64,000 nucleotides of DNA from an uncultured Acidobacteriota bacterium (lineage in GTDB: Bacteria > Acidobacteriota > Vicinamibacteria > Vicinamibacterales > UBA8438). The notes under the pieces were generated by a model. It did no database searches and was not told where the DNA came from. It saw only the letters and a list, made by a program, of their open reading frames with translations. Position 1 is the first letter of the stretch. Each line of letters begins with the position of its first letter. The DNA lies in the NCBI GenBank assembly GCA_913043225.1, contig CAJWLU010000006.1:1-64000 (forward strand), written 5' to 3'. Positions 29,906 through 40,059 of this stretch are shown one piece after another. Made by a program: the position numbers and the translations under genes.

Positions 29906-30868
29906 CTACGGGATCGGGTGAACGCGGCCGGCCTCGACGGCGGTGCCGGTCATCAGCGACAGGTTTCGGCCGTTGCCTTCGTGACACGCATATTCGAACA
30001 GCATGTGGTCCTCGGGCGCGCGTTGTAGCGCGTTGTAGCGCAGGGTCCACGGCTGCGAGAAGACCTCCGGGTCTTCGAGGGTGGCAGTGTACTGGATGGT
30101 GTCGGCGTCGAGGAACGTGAACTCCTCGACCACACGCAGATTTCCGCTGTGGAATACACCGTGACCCGTGGTCAGCGCGCTGCCAGGGGCGCCCTCGGGT
30201 GGAGCTCCATGCCCGACCGGCCAGGTATTGTCGGTGAAGTTCCTGGTTTCCACCACGAGGGTGTTTCCGTCCCAGCGGCCGCGTGAATCACCCATGCCCA
30301 GGCGCAGTGCCGGGTCGATATGCTCGCTGCCGTCCAACGGGATGTAGCGCGAGTGGTGGTTCCACTCGTAGAGCATCAGCACGAAGCCTGGGCCCTGCTC
30401 GATCTGGTAGGTGTTGTAGCCCACGGGAAGATGCGCCCGCGGAAACGCCGCCGGCAGGCATTTGACTCGGGGGTCCAGATGCTCGAGCTGCTCCTGGCGG
30501 GCCATGATCTCGTTACGTTGCTCGGCAGCCCAGGGCTGGAAGGGCACCTGACCCGTCGGTGGGTCGATGATCATCGGTCCGTCTGGTCTGGCCGGGCGCG
30601 GGCGAGCCGGCGCGTCGGGGTCCGGCTCGAAGAAGCGCGAGAACGCGGCGCCCTGTCCGCGGTTAGTGCCTTCTGGCGGCGTCCACTCCGAGGTGGGGGT
30701 CTCGAGCGCTTGATACGGGCCAGGCAGGTAGTGCCCGCGCAGATCCGGATCCCCCCAGGGCGTCTTGGCCGGATCGAAGTCCTGCGCGGTGGCTGCGCAG
30801 GGCGAGAGCAGTAGCCCCAGCGCCACGCCGATCAGTAAGATCCGACGCTCCGCAGTCGTCTCGGTCAT
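29906..30868 (-). CDS. exported uncharacterised protein, ACHEGN family paralog 3
   Basis: PWGDPDLRG, DPRVKC, EWNH, GDSRGRWDGNTLVVET, FEYACHEGN. Confidence 0.85.
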   Translation of the reverse strand: MTETTAERRILLIGVALGLLLSPCAATAQDFDPAKTPWGDPDLRGHYLPGPYQALETPTSEWTPPEGTNRGQGAAFSRFFEPDPDAPARPRPARPDGPMIIDPPTGQVPFQPWAAEQRNEIMARQEQLEHLDPRVKCLPAAFPRAHLPVGYNTYQIEQGPGFVLMLYEWNHHSRYIPLDGSEHIDPALRLGMGDSRGRWDGNTLVVETRNFTDNTWPVGHGAPPEGAPGSALTTGHGVFHSGNLRVVEEFTFLDADTIQYTATLEDPEVFSQPWTLRYNALQRAPEDHMLFEYACHEGNGRNLSLMTGTAVEAGRVHPIP

Positions 30869-31626
30869 CGCGCCTCTCCATCCTCGACCAGCGCGTTGAG
30901 CAGGTGGTCGACACAGTCGTAGTCGAGCAGCCGCAAGCCCTCCTCCATGCGCCTGTAGATCGGCATCCGCATGGTCCAGGGGCGGGTGTAGGTTTGCGGG
31001 TCCTCGAGGGTGACCTCGTAGTTGATGTGATACGGCGTTACCGGTGTGAAGCGTTCTACAACGTGAAGTTCATTGCTGTGGTGGTTACCCGAGGCATCCA
31101 GCCAGGTCTGACCGTTGAAGTGCGTGGTGTCGATCACGAGCGCGTCGCCCTCCCAGTGGCCGCGGGAATCGCCCATCCAGAAGTCGTTCGGAAGGGGATG
31201 CGGGCTACCGTCGGTGTAGATGATGCGGAGCGAGTGTGCATATTCGTAGCTCAACACGAAGTGGTCCGGCGTCTGCACGATCCGGAAGGGCCAGGGCATG
31301 TAGGTGATCCGGGGCACGCCTGGGAGATAGCACCTCCGAACGGGGTCGTCGGTGAGTCGGTTCGCGCGGTTCCGGTCGCGCTGGTTGAGAGCATCCGCGG
31401 TATACGGGATGGTGCCGCCGTCCACCACGCTGAACCCGGCAGGGATGCCGTCCTGTGCGTTGTGGGCCTCGAGGTCCCAGGCGGCACTGCCGAGCACTTG
31501 CCAGATGCCACTGAGGTCTGGTCGGCCGTCTGGGGTCCGTGGGCCGTCGTAGGTCTGGCCGTAAGAGGGACCCGACCCCAGGGCGACCGCCGCTACCAGG
31601 AGCGCTGCCGTGCGGAGACTGATCAT
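30865..31626 (-). CDS. exported uncharacterised protein, short ACHEGN-related paralog 4
   Basis: RTPDGRPDLSGIW, DPVRRC, EYAH, GDSRGHWEGDALVIDT, LDYDC. Confidence 0.82.
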   Translation of the reverse strand: MISLRTAALLVAAVALGSGPSYGQTYDGPRTPDGRPDLSGIWQVLGSAAWDLEAHNAQDGIPAGFSVVDGGTIPYTADALNQRDRNRANRLTDDPVRRCYLPGVPRITYMPWPFRIVQTPDHFVLSYEYAHSLRIIYTDGSPHPLPNDFWMGDSRGHWEGDALVIDTTHFNGQTWLDASGNHHSNELHVVERFTPVTPYHINYEVTLEDPQTYTRPWTMRMPIYRRMEEGLRLLDYDCVDHLLNALVEDGEAR

Positions 31627-31722
31627 AATCGCGTCGAGGATGCCCCCGAAGGCGGCTGACGTCAAGGAGGAATGCGCCGGTCGACGCACTGGCCACTCAG
31701 AGGTTGTGATGGCTAGTCGCCC

Positions 31723-31728
31723 TATAAT
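31723..31728 (+). promoter_or_regulatory. consensus -10 box TATAAT
   Basis: TATAATCG in the divergent intergenic region upstream of ATG 31775. Confidence 0.55.
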
Positions 31729-31774
31729 CGAGGCGCTCGCAGCAGAAGCGCTGCGCTCGGTGGGAGCCAAGATA

Positions 31775-33553
31775 ATGCGAAGACTAAAGGCGGTTGTGAC
31801 GTTGTTCAGTGCGTTGGTCTCGTTCGGGGTCGGTTCGGCCGACGCCCAGATGGAGGACTTCATTCCGGTAACCGACGAGATGCTCGAGCGCCCCGCCGAC
31901 GAGGATTGGCTTACGTGGCGACGCACCACCAACGGATGGGGCTACAGCCCCCTTGACGAGATCAATGTCGGAAATGTGGGCGATATTCGAATGGTGTGGA
32001 CGCGCGCGATGATGCCCGGGCGAATGGAAGGCACGCCGCTGGCCTACGGGGGCGTGATGTACATGCCACAGTCCGACGACGCTATTGATGCGCTCAACGC
32101 GGTGACGGGTGACCTGATCTGGTCTTACCGGCGCGATCTGCCCGAAGACGTGTACGAGCTAGTGGGTGGTAACGCTCGCACCAACCGCAACGTGGCCATC
32201 TATGACCGGCTCATACTCAATACTACCGATGACAACTACGCGATTGGGCTCGATGCCACCAGTGGCGAGGTGGTGTGGGAGAACCAGATTTTTGACTATA
32301 GGGTGACTCCGGCTGGCCACAGCGCTGGCCCGATCATCGCCGAGGGCAAGATGATCTCGGGTCGCAGTTGTCGCCCGATGGGTGGTCCCGAAACCTGCGT
32401 GGTGATCGCTCACGATGCGCTGACCGGTGCGGAGGTGTGGCGGCGAAGTACCGTTGCTCTGCCGGGTGAGCCCGGCGACGAGACCTGGGGTGACGTTCCC
32501 TACGAGCGGCGCATTCACGTCGGTAGCTGGATGCCCGCCAGTTTCGACCCCGAGTTACGGCTCATTTTTCAGGGCACGTCGGTGACCTCGCCGGCGCCAA
32601 AATTCATGCTTGGTGGGGTAGAGAACACGCACCTGTATCACAACTCGACGCTGGCACTCGACGTCGACACGGGAGAGATCCGCTGGTTCTATCAGCACCT
32701 GAACGACCACTGGGATCTCGACCACCCGTTCGAGCGCATCCTGGTCGATACTGCGGTGGCGCCAGATGCGTCCGAGGTGAGCTGGATCAACCCTCGCATC
32801 CAGGCGGGCGAGGAGCGGAGGGTAGTAACTGGCATCCCGGGTAAGACGGGCGTTGTCTATACGCTCGATCGCGAGACTGGCGAATTCCTGTGGGCCACAC
32901 CGACTGTGACCCAGAACGTGATCAACGGTATAGATGGCGCCACTGGCGTGGTCAGCGAGAACGCTGAAGTGGTCTTTACGCAGGCCGGGCAACAGGTGTT
33001 TGCCTGTCCCACCTGGAACGGCGGCAAAGACTGGGAGGCCGGCGCCTACAGTCCCCTGACGAACACGATGTATATGCCGTTGCGACAGACCTGTGCCCGG
33101 ATGATGGCGGCTACCGAGTTTGAGGACCGTCCGAACGAACCAAACGAAAGCCGGGCGGCCATCTATGCGATCGCGTACCGACACCAGGTGGCGCCGGGCA
33201 CCGACAATGTGGGCACGGTGCGTGCTATTTCGGCAGAGACCGGCGCGACCGAGTGGCTCTACGAGCAGCGGGCGGCCACGATGTCGCTCGTGGCGACAGG
33301 TGGTGGGTTGCTGTTTGGTGGCGATACCAACGGTCGGTTCCGCGCCTTCAGTCAGCAAACCGGGGAAGTGCTCTGGGAGATCAATCTTGGCTCGCCAGTC
33401 AGCGGGTTTCCGATCAGCTTCGGAGTGGACGGGAAGCAGTACATCGCCGTGGCGACCGGTGCTGGCGGAACTTCCTCGCACTTCGGCGGTCTGACCCCGG
33501 AACTTCGGCCGAGCAACGGCAATAACCTATTTGTGTTTGCGCTACCAGAATGA
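31775..33553 (+). CDS. PQQ-binding beta-propeller dehydrogenase-like protein (paralog A)
   Basis: PVTDEML, DWLTWRRT, YSPLDEI, HLNDHWDLDHPFE, GKQYIAV. Confidence 0.88.
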   Translation: MRRLKAVVTLFSALVSFGVGSADAQMEDFIPVTDEMLERPADEDWLTWRRTTNGWGYSPLDEINVGNVGDIRMVWTRAMMPGRMEGTPLAYGGVMYMPQSDDAIDALNAVTGDLIWSYRRDLPEDVYELVGGNARTNRNVAIYDRLILNTTDDNYAIGLDATSGEVVWENQIFDYRVTPAGHSAGPIIAEGKMISGRSCRPMGGPETCVVIAHDALTGAEVWRRSTVALPGEPGDETWGDVPYERRIHVGSWMPASFDPELRLIFQGTSVTSPAPKFMLGGVENTHLYHNSTLALDVDTGEIRWFYQHLNDHWDLDHPFERILVDTAVAPDASEVSWINPRIQAGEERRVVTGIPGKTGVVYTLDRETGEFLWATPTVTQNVINGIDGATGVVSENAEVVFTQAGQQVFACPTWNGGKDWEAGAYSPLTNTMYMPLRQTCARMMAATEFEDRPNEPNESRAAIYAIAYRHQVAPGTDNVGTVRAISAETGATEWLYEQRAATMSLVATGGGLLFGGDTNGRFRAFSQQTGEVLWEINLGSPVSGFPISFGVDGKQYIAVATGAGGTSSHFGGLTPELRPSNGNNLFVFALPE

Positions 33554-33597
33554 CAAGCACGAATATGCCTTCGCCTTGCCGGACAAGAGGTGACCAT

Positions 33598-34653
33598 ATG
33601 AGATGGCTGCACCAGCGAGTTTTCCCGGGGGTCATCGCGCTGTGGGCTTTGGCCGTTCCCGTCACGGCGCAATCGACCTTCGATATCTACTGGGTCGACG
33701 TTGAGGGCGGAGCCGCGACCTTGGCAGTCGCCCCGGACGGTCAGTCATTGCTCATCGATACTGGCTTCCCCGGGCCGGACGACCGAGATGCCATGCGGAT
33801 TAAAGCAGCTCTCGATGAGGCCGGCCTCTCACGAATCGACCATCTCGTCATCACCCACTACCACACCGATCACGTCGGCGGTCTTGAGGCGCTGGCCGAG
33901 ATGGTGCCGATCGGGCACTGCTACGACCACAACACCATCACCGAGTCTGAGAATCAGCGGTGGGTTGATGCCTATCTGCGAGTGTGCGGCGACAAGCGGA
34001 CCGAGGTGCACGCTGGAGACCGGATTCCATTCGGAGCGGTCACTGTCGACGTGGTGGCGTCGAACGGCGAGCTCATCGATATGCCGATCAACGGTGGAGC
34101 GGTGAACCCGCGTTGTGTGACGGCTGAACGAAAGGAGCAGGCCAGCCCCGAGAACCAGCGGAGCGTTGGCGTGCTGTTTAGCTATGGGCGGTTCACTTTT
34201 CTCGACCTCGGCGACTTCAACTGGGCGAAGGAGATCGAGTTGGCCTGTCCGGTGAATCTAGTGGGCGAAGTCACGCTGTATCAGACCAGCCGCCACGCCG
34301 CATTCGACGACGCCGGGGCGCCGACGCATCTCTACGCCATCAAGCCTCAGGTCGTGGTGGTCAACAATGGACCCCGGAAGGGGTTGGGTGGAACCTCGCC
34401 TGGCTTCGATGAGGTGATGACCCGCCACTATCGGCGCATCGTAGCAAGTCCTGACCTCGAAGACGTGTGGCAGGGGCACCGATCGCTGTTCGCTCCTGGA
34501 GCCGTGGATAACGCGGCCGATGAGCGCATTGCTAACTTCGAAGAATCTGACACGTGCGAAGGGCACTGGCTTCGGGCATCGGTCACGGCTGGTGGTGACT
34601 TCGAGATATTCAACAGCCGCAACGGCTACGGCCGGGACTACACCGCGCGATGA
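33598..34653 (+). CDS. exported MBL-fold metallohydrolase (ComEC/Rec2-like)
   Basis: VDVEGGAATL, LIDTG, THYHTDHVGG, ENQRSV. Confidence 0.82.
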   Translation: MRWLHQRVFPGVIALWALAVPVTAQSTFDIYWVDVEGGAATLAVAPDGQSLLIDTGFPGPDDRDAMRIKAALDEAGLSRIDHLVITHYHTDHVGGLEALAEMVPIGHCYDHNTITESENQRWVDAYLRVCGDKRTEVHAGDRIPFGAVTVDVVASNGELIDMPINGGAVNPRCVTAERKEQASPENQRSVGVLFSYGRFTFLDLGDFNWAKEIELACPVNLVGEVTLYQTSRHAAFDDAGAPTHLYAIKPQVVVVNNGPRKGLGGTSPGFDEVMTRHYRRIVASPDLEDVWQGHRSLFAPGAVDNAADERIANFEESDTCEGHWLRASVTAGGDFEIFNSRNGYGRDYTAR

Positions 34654-35777
34654 GGCATTTGGCTCTCGTTCTGTTGGTTGGTCTGGGCGGCTGTGTTGCC
34701 GCGGTGCCGGAAGAGGCTCCGACCGGGTCGACCGTTTCCAGAGAGGTAAGGAAGGGTGGCGATGGCCGGTATGGAGGCTACGACCCTGTGCCTGGTTGGT
34801 GGAAGCCGGCGCCTGACCACCAGGAGCCCTGGACGTGGGGCGAGGTGTCTGGCGTCGCGGTTGACACGTCCGAGCGGATCATCGTGGCCGTGTGGGGCGA
34901 CCGAAGTGCCGACGGGCAGGAACGACCGGACGGATCGAACTACCTCGTCGTGGTCGATGGTAACGGTAACCTCCTGGAGAACTGGTCGCAGTGGGACGAC
35001 ACTCTGAATCGTCCCCATCAGGTCTACATCAGTCCGTATGACGCCGAGCGTCACATCTGGGTAGTGGAACGGGGACGTGGCCGCGGGGTCAGTATGCAGG
35101 TGTTGAAATTCACCAACGACGGTCAGGAGCTGGTAATGCGGCTGGCCGACGATGACGATCCCGCCACGCTGGACGAGGCTCGGGCCAACCCAGATCCTGG
35201 TCCCTATGACTACGGCGATCCCTCTGTGCTCGCCTTTCTACCTGACGGGACGTTCTTGCTTGGCGATGGGTACTGGAACACACGCATCGTGAAGTACGAC
35301 GCCGAGGGCAACTACCTGATGGAGTGGGGCGAGGCAGGTTCGGGTCCGGGCCAGTTCAACCTGGTGCATGGGCTGGCCGTCGACCGACAGCGCCGGGTGC
35401 TGGTGGCGGACCGACGGAACAACCGTATCCAGCTGTTTACGGAAGAGGGCGTCTTCATCGAGGAGTGGCCCGACATCACCGACCCGGTCGGCGTGTTCGT
35501 GGATGAGCGGGACGCGGTGTGGGTTGTCTCAGCCAGCATGCATCGCGTGCTTAAGTTTAGCGCCGAGGGCGAGCTGCAACACAGCTGGGGGGCCTACGGC
35601 GGACCTGGTGGCCTGGTCGGCGGGCTATTCCGGCCGCATCAGATCGATGTGGGCCGGGACGGAAGCGTCTACGTGGCGAGTTGGTCTGGGGGCTGGCTGA
35701 ACAAGTTCGTGCCTCGCGCCGAGGCCGATCCGGAGCTTCTAATAGGTACGGCCCTGGTGCTCGAGCAGCAGGACTAA
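34650..35777 (+). CDS. NHL-repeat lipoprotein, PAL-like (peptidyl-alpha-hydroxyglycine lyase family)
   Basis: LGGC lipobox; PHQ, DGY, GPGQFNLVHG, ADRRNNRIQ, PHQ. Confidence 0.8.
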   Translation: MRHLALVLLVGLGGCVAAVPEEAPTGSTVSREVRKGGDGRYGGYDPVPGWWKPAPDHQEPWTWGEVSGVAVDTSERIIVAVWGDRSADGQERPDGSNYLVVVDGNGNLLENWSQWDDTLNRPHQVYISPYDAERHIWVVERGRGRGVSMQVLKFTNDGQELVMRLADDDDPATLDEARANPDPGPYDYGDPSVLAFLPDGTFLLGDGYWNTRIVKYDAEGNYLMEWGEAGSGPGQFNLVHGLAVDRQRRVLVADRRNNRIQLFTEEGVFIEEWPDITDPVGVFVDERDAVWVVSASMHRVLKFSAEGELQHSWGAYGGPGGLVGGLFRPHQIDVGRDGSVYVASWSGGWLNKFVPRAEADPELLIGTALVLEQQD

Positions 35778-35956
35778 CGCCCTGCGGGTGGCACTCGCAG
35801 ATTCCATTCCACGTATATCTGGCTGGTGTCCGGCCGACGTGCGCCCGCCAGGGCGAGGTCGAGATCGTCACTCACGAAGAGATGAGCGTAGCCGGCGTCT
35901 ATAGCTGACACAGTAGTTTCGTCGCAGGAGGTCGCGGGGGGATCGTTCAACCGGGT

Positions 35957-36334
35957 ATGCCGAGTTCGGTTAGGAAGGCTCTGATCCTACTCATCGTCAC
36001 GATGCTCATGGAAATAGGCCGGACGCTTCTGGACCCGTCTTTTATGCCAGTGGGTCTTAATGTTCCCCTGCCGGTAGAGGTCGTCTCGATCATCGCTTTC
36101 GTGTCGCTGCTCATCGCCGGCATCGCCAACGGTCGGCGGTGGGTCGCCATTCTACTGGTCGTCGTCTTCGTGCCCGGGACTCTAGTGACAATTTGGGGGA
36201 CATTCGACGCAGTCAGGCTCGTTTTGATCATCTGGGACACGCTAGCTGCGGCCGTGAACATCGCAGTGTTGGCGCTGATTCTTGGTAGCCCGGCACGCGA
36301 GTGGCTCCGAAAGTGTAAGGCAGCTCGAAACTAG
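35957..36334 (+). CDS. hypothetical membrane protein
   Basis: Four hydrophobic segments; GRRW and AREW motifs. Confidence 0.6.
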   Translation: MPSSVRKALILLIVTMLMEIGRTLLDPSFMPVGLNVPLPVEVVSIIAFVSLLIAGIANGRRWVAILLVVVFVPGTLVTIWGTFDAVRLVLIIWDTLAAAVNIAVLALILGSPAREWLRKCKAARN

Positions 36335-36447
36335 CCCGCTACAACCTATGGCCTTACCGGTGAGGACCCTGGTCTAGGTACGGAAGCAGCGTCGTGTGGA
36401 GCGCGCCAGCACAGCAGCCGCACCTCCAGGGGGCTAGAGTGGGGCGG

Positions 36448-36453
36448 TATAAT
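36448..36453 (+). promoter_or_regulatory. consensus -10 box TATAAT
   Basis: GGTATAATCG 22 nt before GTG 36476. Confidence 0.55.
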
Positions 36454-36475
36454 CGGCCAAGCCTAGGAATCGTTT

Positions 36476-37321
36476 GTGAGCAGATACGCCGCCTTGATCG
36501 CGTTGGTTCTCGGAGGCGCCGCCATCTGGTCTGATACGAACAGAGAGAAGCGAGCGGGACTCGGCGTGGCGGCGGTGGTCTCGCGTGCTGCCGAACCGGT
36601 CGCTGCCCAGCAACGCGCCGTCATCCGGCGAGAGGAAATCATTCCCACGCTGAAGAACCCGAGCGCGGACGGACGGGAGTTCGTCTTCACTCGGGCGATC
36701 TACAGCGGGGGCGGGTGGCGTAGTAACTCCTGGGCGACCGACTTCCCGAAGGCGGACCGGCAGTTTCTGACGATTATCGACCGGCTGGTCGATCTGGACG
36801 CGTTCATGGGGGAGAACGCCGTCCGGCTCGACGATCCCGATCTGCGCCGCTTCCCGTTTCTTTACGCGCTCGAAGTCGGCTACATGTATATGACCGAGCC
36901 CGAGGTCGTAGGATTGCGGGATTACCTGCTGGCGGGCGGCTTCCTGATGCTTGACGACTTCTGGGGCTCGGGGGAGTGGGCCAACTTCGAGGCAGAGATC
37001 AAGCGTGTGCTGCCTGAGTATCCGATCGTCGATATTCCGCTCGACCACCCGATCTTCACTACCTTCTACAACATCGAAGAGATCCTTCAGGTGCCGAACC
37101 TGTACAACGCGCAGGGCGGCCCGACCTGGCAGCGAGACGGCATCACGCCCCAGGTCCGCGGCATCTTCGACGCGGCAGGGCGGTTGATGGTGTTCATTAA
37201 CTGGAATACCGATATCGGGGATGCCTGGGAGTGGGCGGAGCACCCGTACTATCCGCTGCGGTACTCCACCTACGCGATCGAGATCACAGTCAACGCGATC
37301 GTCTACGCGATGAGTCACTAA
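36476..37321 (+). CDS. DUF4159 domain protein
   Basis: WATDFPKAD, FPFLY, LRDYLLAGGFLMLDDFWG, LDHPIF, NTDIGDAWE, NAIVYAMSH. Confidence 0.85.
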   Translation: MSRYAALIALVLGGAAIWSDTNREKRAGLGVAAVVSRAAEPVAAQQRAVIRREEIIPTLKNPSADGREFVFTRAIYSGGGWRSNSWATDFPKADRQFLTIIDRLVDLDAFMGENAVRLDDPDLRRFPFLYALEVGYMYMTEPEVVGLRDYLLAGGFLMLDDFWGSGEWANFEAEIKRVLPEYPIVDIPLDHPIFTTFYNIEEILQVPNLYNAQGGPTWQRDGITPQVRGIFDAAGRLMVFINWNTDIGDAWEWAEHPYYPLRYSTYAIEITVNAIVYAMSH

Positions 37322-37372
37322 GGGAGAACCCATGGTGTGGCTTCGGGCCCACCGAGAGAAGAGGGGAAAGCG

Positions 37373-38383
37373 ATGAGTCAACGTCACGGATTTGCGGGGG
37401 CGCTCATGGTTGCCGTCGGGCTGCTGGCGGGGTTGGCGTCGGCGCAGGAGTCTCCCCGGACATCCTGGGGTGCTCCAGATCTACAGGGTATCTGGGATTT
37501 CCGTACCATTACCCCACTGCAGCGGCCGGCGGCGGCGGGCGATCAGGCAGTGTTGACTGAAGAAGAGGCGGCGGCGGTCGAGCAGGCGACTATTCAGCGG
37601 AACATCGAGCTCGCTGGTCGTGAAGCGCGGCGCACCGAGACCACGCGCAGCGTCGACGTGGGGGAGGATGGCGCTCCAGGGTTCTACAACAACTTCTGGC
37701 TCGATTCAGGGACCCGGTCGACCGGACGCACCTCGCTCATCTCCGATCCACCGAACGGCCGGATTCCGCCGTTGACCCCAGCGGCGGCGGCCGAGGTGGA
37801 GGCGCGTCGGGCATATCTGGCAACGAACCCGGCAGACTCCTACACCGAACGCAACACCTCGGACCGATGCCTGGTTGGTTTCAATGCCGGCCCACCAATC
37901 ACACCGCTTGGCTACAACCAGAACATGCAGTTGTTCCAGACCGAGCAGCACGTGGTCCTGCTGACCGAGATGGTGCACACCGCGCGCGTGGTTCCGCTCG
38001 ACGGGCGCGGCGTGATCGACAGTGACATCCGTTTGTGGGTTGGCGACTCGCGTGGCTACTGGGAAGGGGAGACGCTGGTGGTTGAGACCGCCAATTTTCG
38101 TGACGACCGGAAGTGGGTCCCGCTCGGTAGCGCGCCTCCGGGCACAGGCTCGTCTGGCAATATGACGTTGGTGGAGCGATTCACTCGGGTGGATCAGGAG
38201 ACGCTGCTCTACGAGTTCACGGTGACTGACCCGGAGGTCTGGGTTACGCCTTGGAGCGCACAGCTTCCGATGAAGCAGAACGACTTGACGCTCTTCGAAT
38301 ATGCATGCCACGAGGGCAACTACAGTATGGATGGGATCCTGGGTGGGGCCAGGGCCGACGAACGGGCCGCCGGCGAACGGTAG
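37373..38383 (+). CDS. exported uncharacterised protein, ACHEGN family paralog 5
   Basis: WGAPDLQGIW, DRCLVGFNAGPP, EMVH, FEYACHEGN. Confidence 0.85.
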   Translation: MSQRHGFAGALMVAVGLLAGLASAQESPRTSWGAPDLQGIWDFRTITPLQRPAAAGDQAVLTEEEAAAVEQATIQRNIELAGREARRTETTRSVDVGEDGAPGFYNNFWLDSGTRSTGRTSLISDPPNGRIPPLTPAAAAEVEARRAYLATNPADSYTERNTSDRCLVGFNAGPPITPLGYNQNMQLFQTEQHVVLLTEMVHTARVVPLDGRGVIDSDIRLWVGDSRGYWEGETLVVETANFRDDRKWVPLGSAPPGTGSSGNMTLVERFTRVDQETLLYEFTVTDPEVWVTPWSAQLPMKQNDLTLFEYACHEGNYSMDGILGGARADERAAGER

Positions 38384-38408
38384 GCTCACAAGAGGGCGGA
38401 GCGACGAC

Positions 38409-38705
38409 ATGGCGATTGCGCACCTGCGCACCTACACAGTTAACAAGGGGCAGATGGATAGCTGGCTCGAGCTATTTCGCGAGAGGTTGACACCGCTGCT
38501 GGCCGAGTGCGACATCACCATTGAGGGCGTGTGGGTCAATGAGGCCAGGACCCAGTTCATCTGGGTGCGCAGTTACGGCGAAACCGAAGCGGAGCTCGAA
38601 CGGAAGGAAGCGGCGTTCTACGGATCTGACTGGTGGAAAGCCAACGTGGATCTAGTGCGCGGGCATCTCGCGCACAGGCAGATCGAAGTGATTCGAACCG
38701 TGTAG
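38409..38705 (+). CDS. NIPSNAP family protein
   Basis: LRTYTVNKGQMDSW, FIWVRSY, FYGSDWW. Confidence 0.8.
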   Translation: MAIAHLRTYTVNKGQMDSWLELFRERLTPLLAECDITIEGVWVNEARTQFIWVRSYGETEAELERKEAAFYGSDWWKANVDLVRGHLAHRQIEVIRTV

Positions 38706-38709
38706 ATCG

Positions 38710-39894
38710 CTACACCCTGGGGGCGCGGCGGCCACTGATTACCGTTTCGTGGGGGAGGAGCCGTTGGGTGCCCACCCGCAGGTTCTCGTAATTATCCACA
38801 AACTCGAACCGGTCTTCGCGAAGCTCGAGCACGGCAATGTCAGCCGGAGCACCCACGTTCAGCGTGCCACGGTCGCGGAAGAACGGGTAGAGCCGAGACG
38901 CGTTGCGGGTGACGCAGGCAACCACCGCCTCTAGCGGCATCCCGAAGTTCAAGAATTTCGACATCACGTTCGGCAGGTCGATGACACTGGCGGCTTGTCG
39001 GCTGGTGGTATTGCCGTCGGTCGAGATGGTGTCGGGCCAGAACCCGGCCGCCATGATGGCGTCAAAGGTGTCCCACAGTAGGTGGTCGACGCGTCCGTTG
39101 GCCACATCGAACCAGATGCCACGCCGTCGAGCGGATAGCACTGCCGGCCAGATGTGACCCGCATCGTTCACGATTGCGTTGGGCGGCGGTGCATACATGT
39201 GGGTCACGATGTCACCAGGTTTCAGTAGCGCCAGCAGTGTCGACATCGGCGTGGCCGACTGCCCCATGTGGATCATGACAGGCAGGCTGAAGCTGGTGGC
39301 TACCTCCTGTGCCCGGCGGAGCACCTCGACGTCGTCCGCCGTCACACCTTCGGTCAGGCGCGCCTTGACCCCGATCACGTAGTCTCGATGTCTGGCGATC
39401 GCCGCCTTGGCGACGTCAACGTCGGCCAGCTCGAGCCGATGGGTGTCTCCGTCAGGCAGGATGCCCTCGCGGCCGATGTTGAGAAGTACCCGCGCCGGTT
39501 GCGGGGCCGCGCGAGCAATCGCCACCATTTCGTCAATTTGGTCCGCCCCCTCCGACCCCGCATCGACCCAGCCGGTGACGCCATCTGACAGACAGAGTGC
39601 TGGGCCCTGAGGGTCACGCGCGTAGTGGGTATGCACATCGAGGAGGCCTGGTAAGACCAGGAAGCCAGACGCGTCGATGTCCTCGGCGCTAGCGCTTGGC
39701 AAGGACGGGCCGACGGCTGTGATGAGGCCGTCGCTCACTGCGACATCGGCTACCCGATCGAGGTGCAGCGAGGGGTCGATCACACGGCCACCCCGAATCA
39801 CGAGGTCGTGGTCGGCCTGGAAGGCGTGCAGGCCCCGCGTGAGGGTGGCCGCGCCAATGGCGGCGTCCCTGACAAACTCGCGTCGATTCAGCAT
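38710..39894 (-). CDS. amidohydrolase (dihydroorotase/deacetylase-like), Tat signal
   Basis: MLNRREFV signal; PGLLDVHTH, GVKAR, MIH, DIVTH, TISTD. Confidence 0.85.
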   Translation of the reverse strand: MLNRREFVRDAAIGAATLTRGLHAFQADHDLVIRGGRVIDPSLHLDRVADVAVSDGLITAVGPSLPSASAEDIDASGFLVLPGLLDVHTHYARDPQGPALCLSDGVTGWVDAGSEGADQIDEMVAIARAAPQPARVLLNIGREGILPDGDTHRLELADVDVAKAAIARHRDYVIGVKARLTEGVTADDVEVLRRAQEVATSFSLPVMIHMGQSATPMSTLLALLKPGDIVTHMYAPPPNAIVNDAGHIWPAVLSARRRGIWFDVANGRVDHLLWDTFDAIMAAGFWPDTISTDGNTTSRQAASVIDLPNVMSKFLNFGMPLEAVVACVTRNASRLYPFFRDRGTLNVGAPADIAVLELREDRFEFVDNYENLRVGTQRLLPHETVISGRRAPRV

Positions 39895-39988
39895 CTGCAG
39901 GCTTCCGGCCCGAGGCTGATGCTGGGCTCTGGAGGCGCCGATGTCAACCATCGTTGCCTCGAGACTGGCAAGGGTCGGGGCAGATCGG

Positions 39989-39994
39989 TATAAT
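39989..39994 (+). promoter_or_regulatory. consensus -10 box TATAAT
   Basis: GGTATAATCG in the divergent intergenic region upstream of ATG 40060. Confidence 0.55.
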
Positions 39995-40059
39995 CGCCCC
40001 ACTGACAGACACTTAGGGCCGGAGCCCGAGGTGGGTCGACAAGCTGGAGGAGATCGGTC

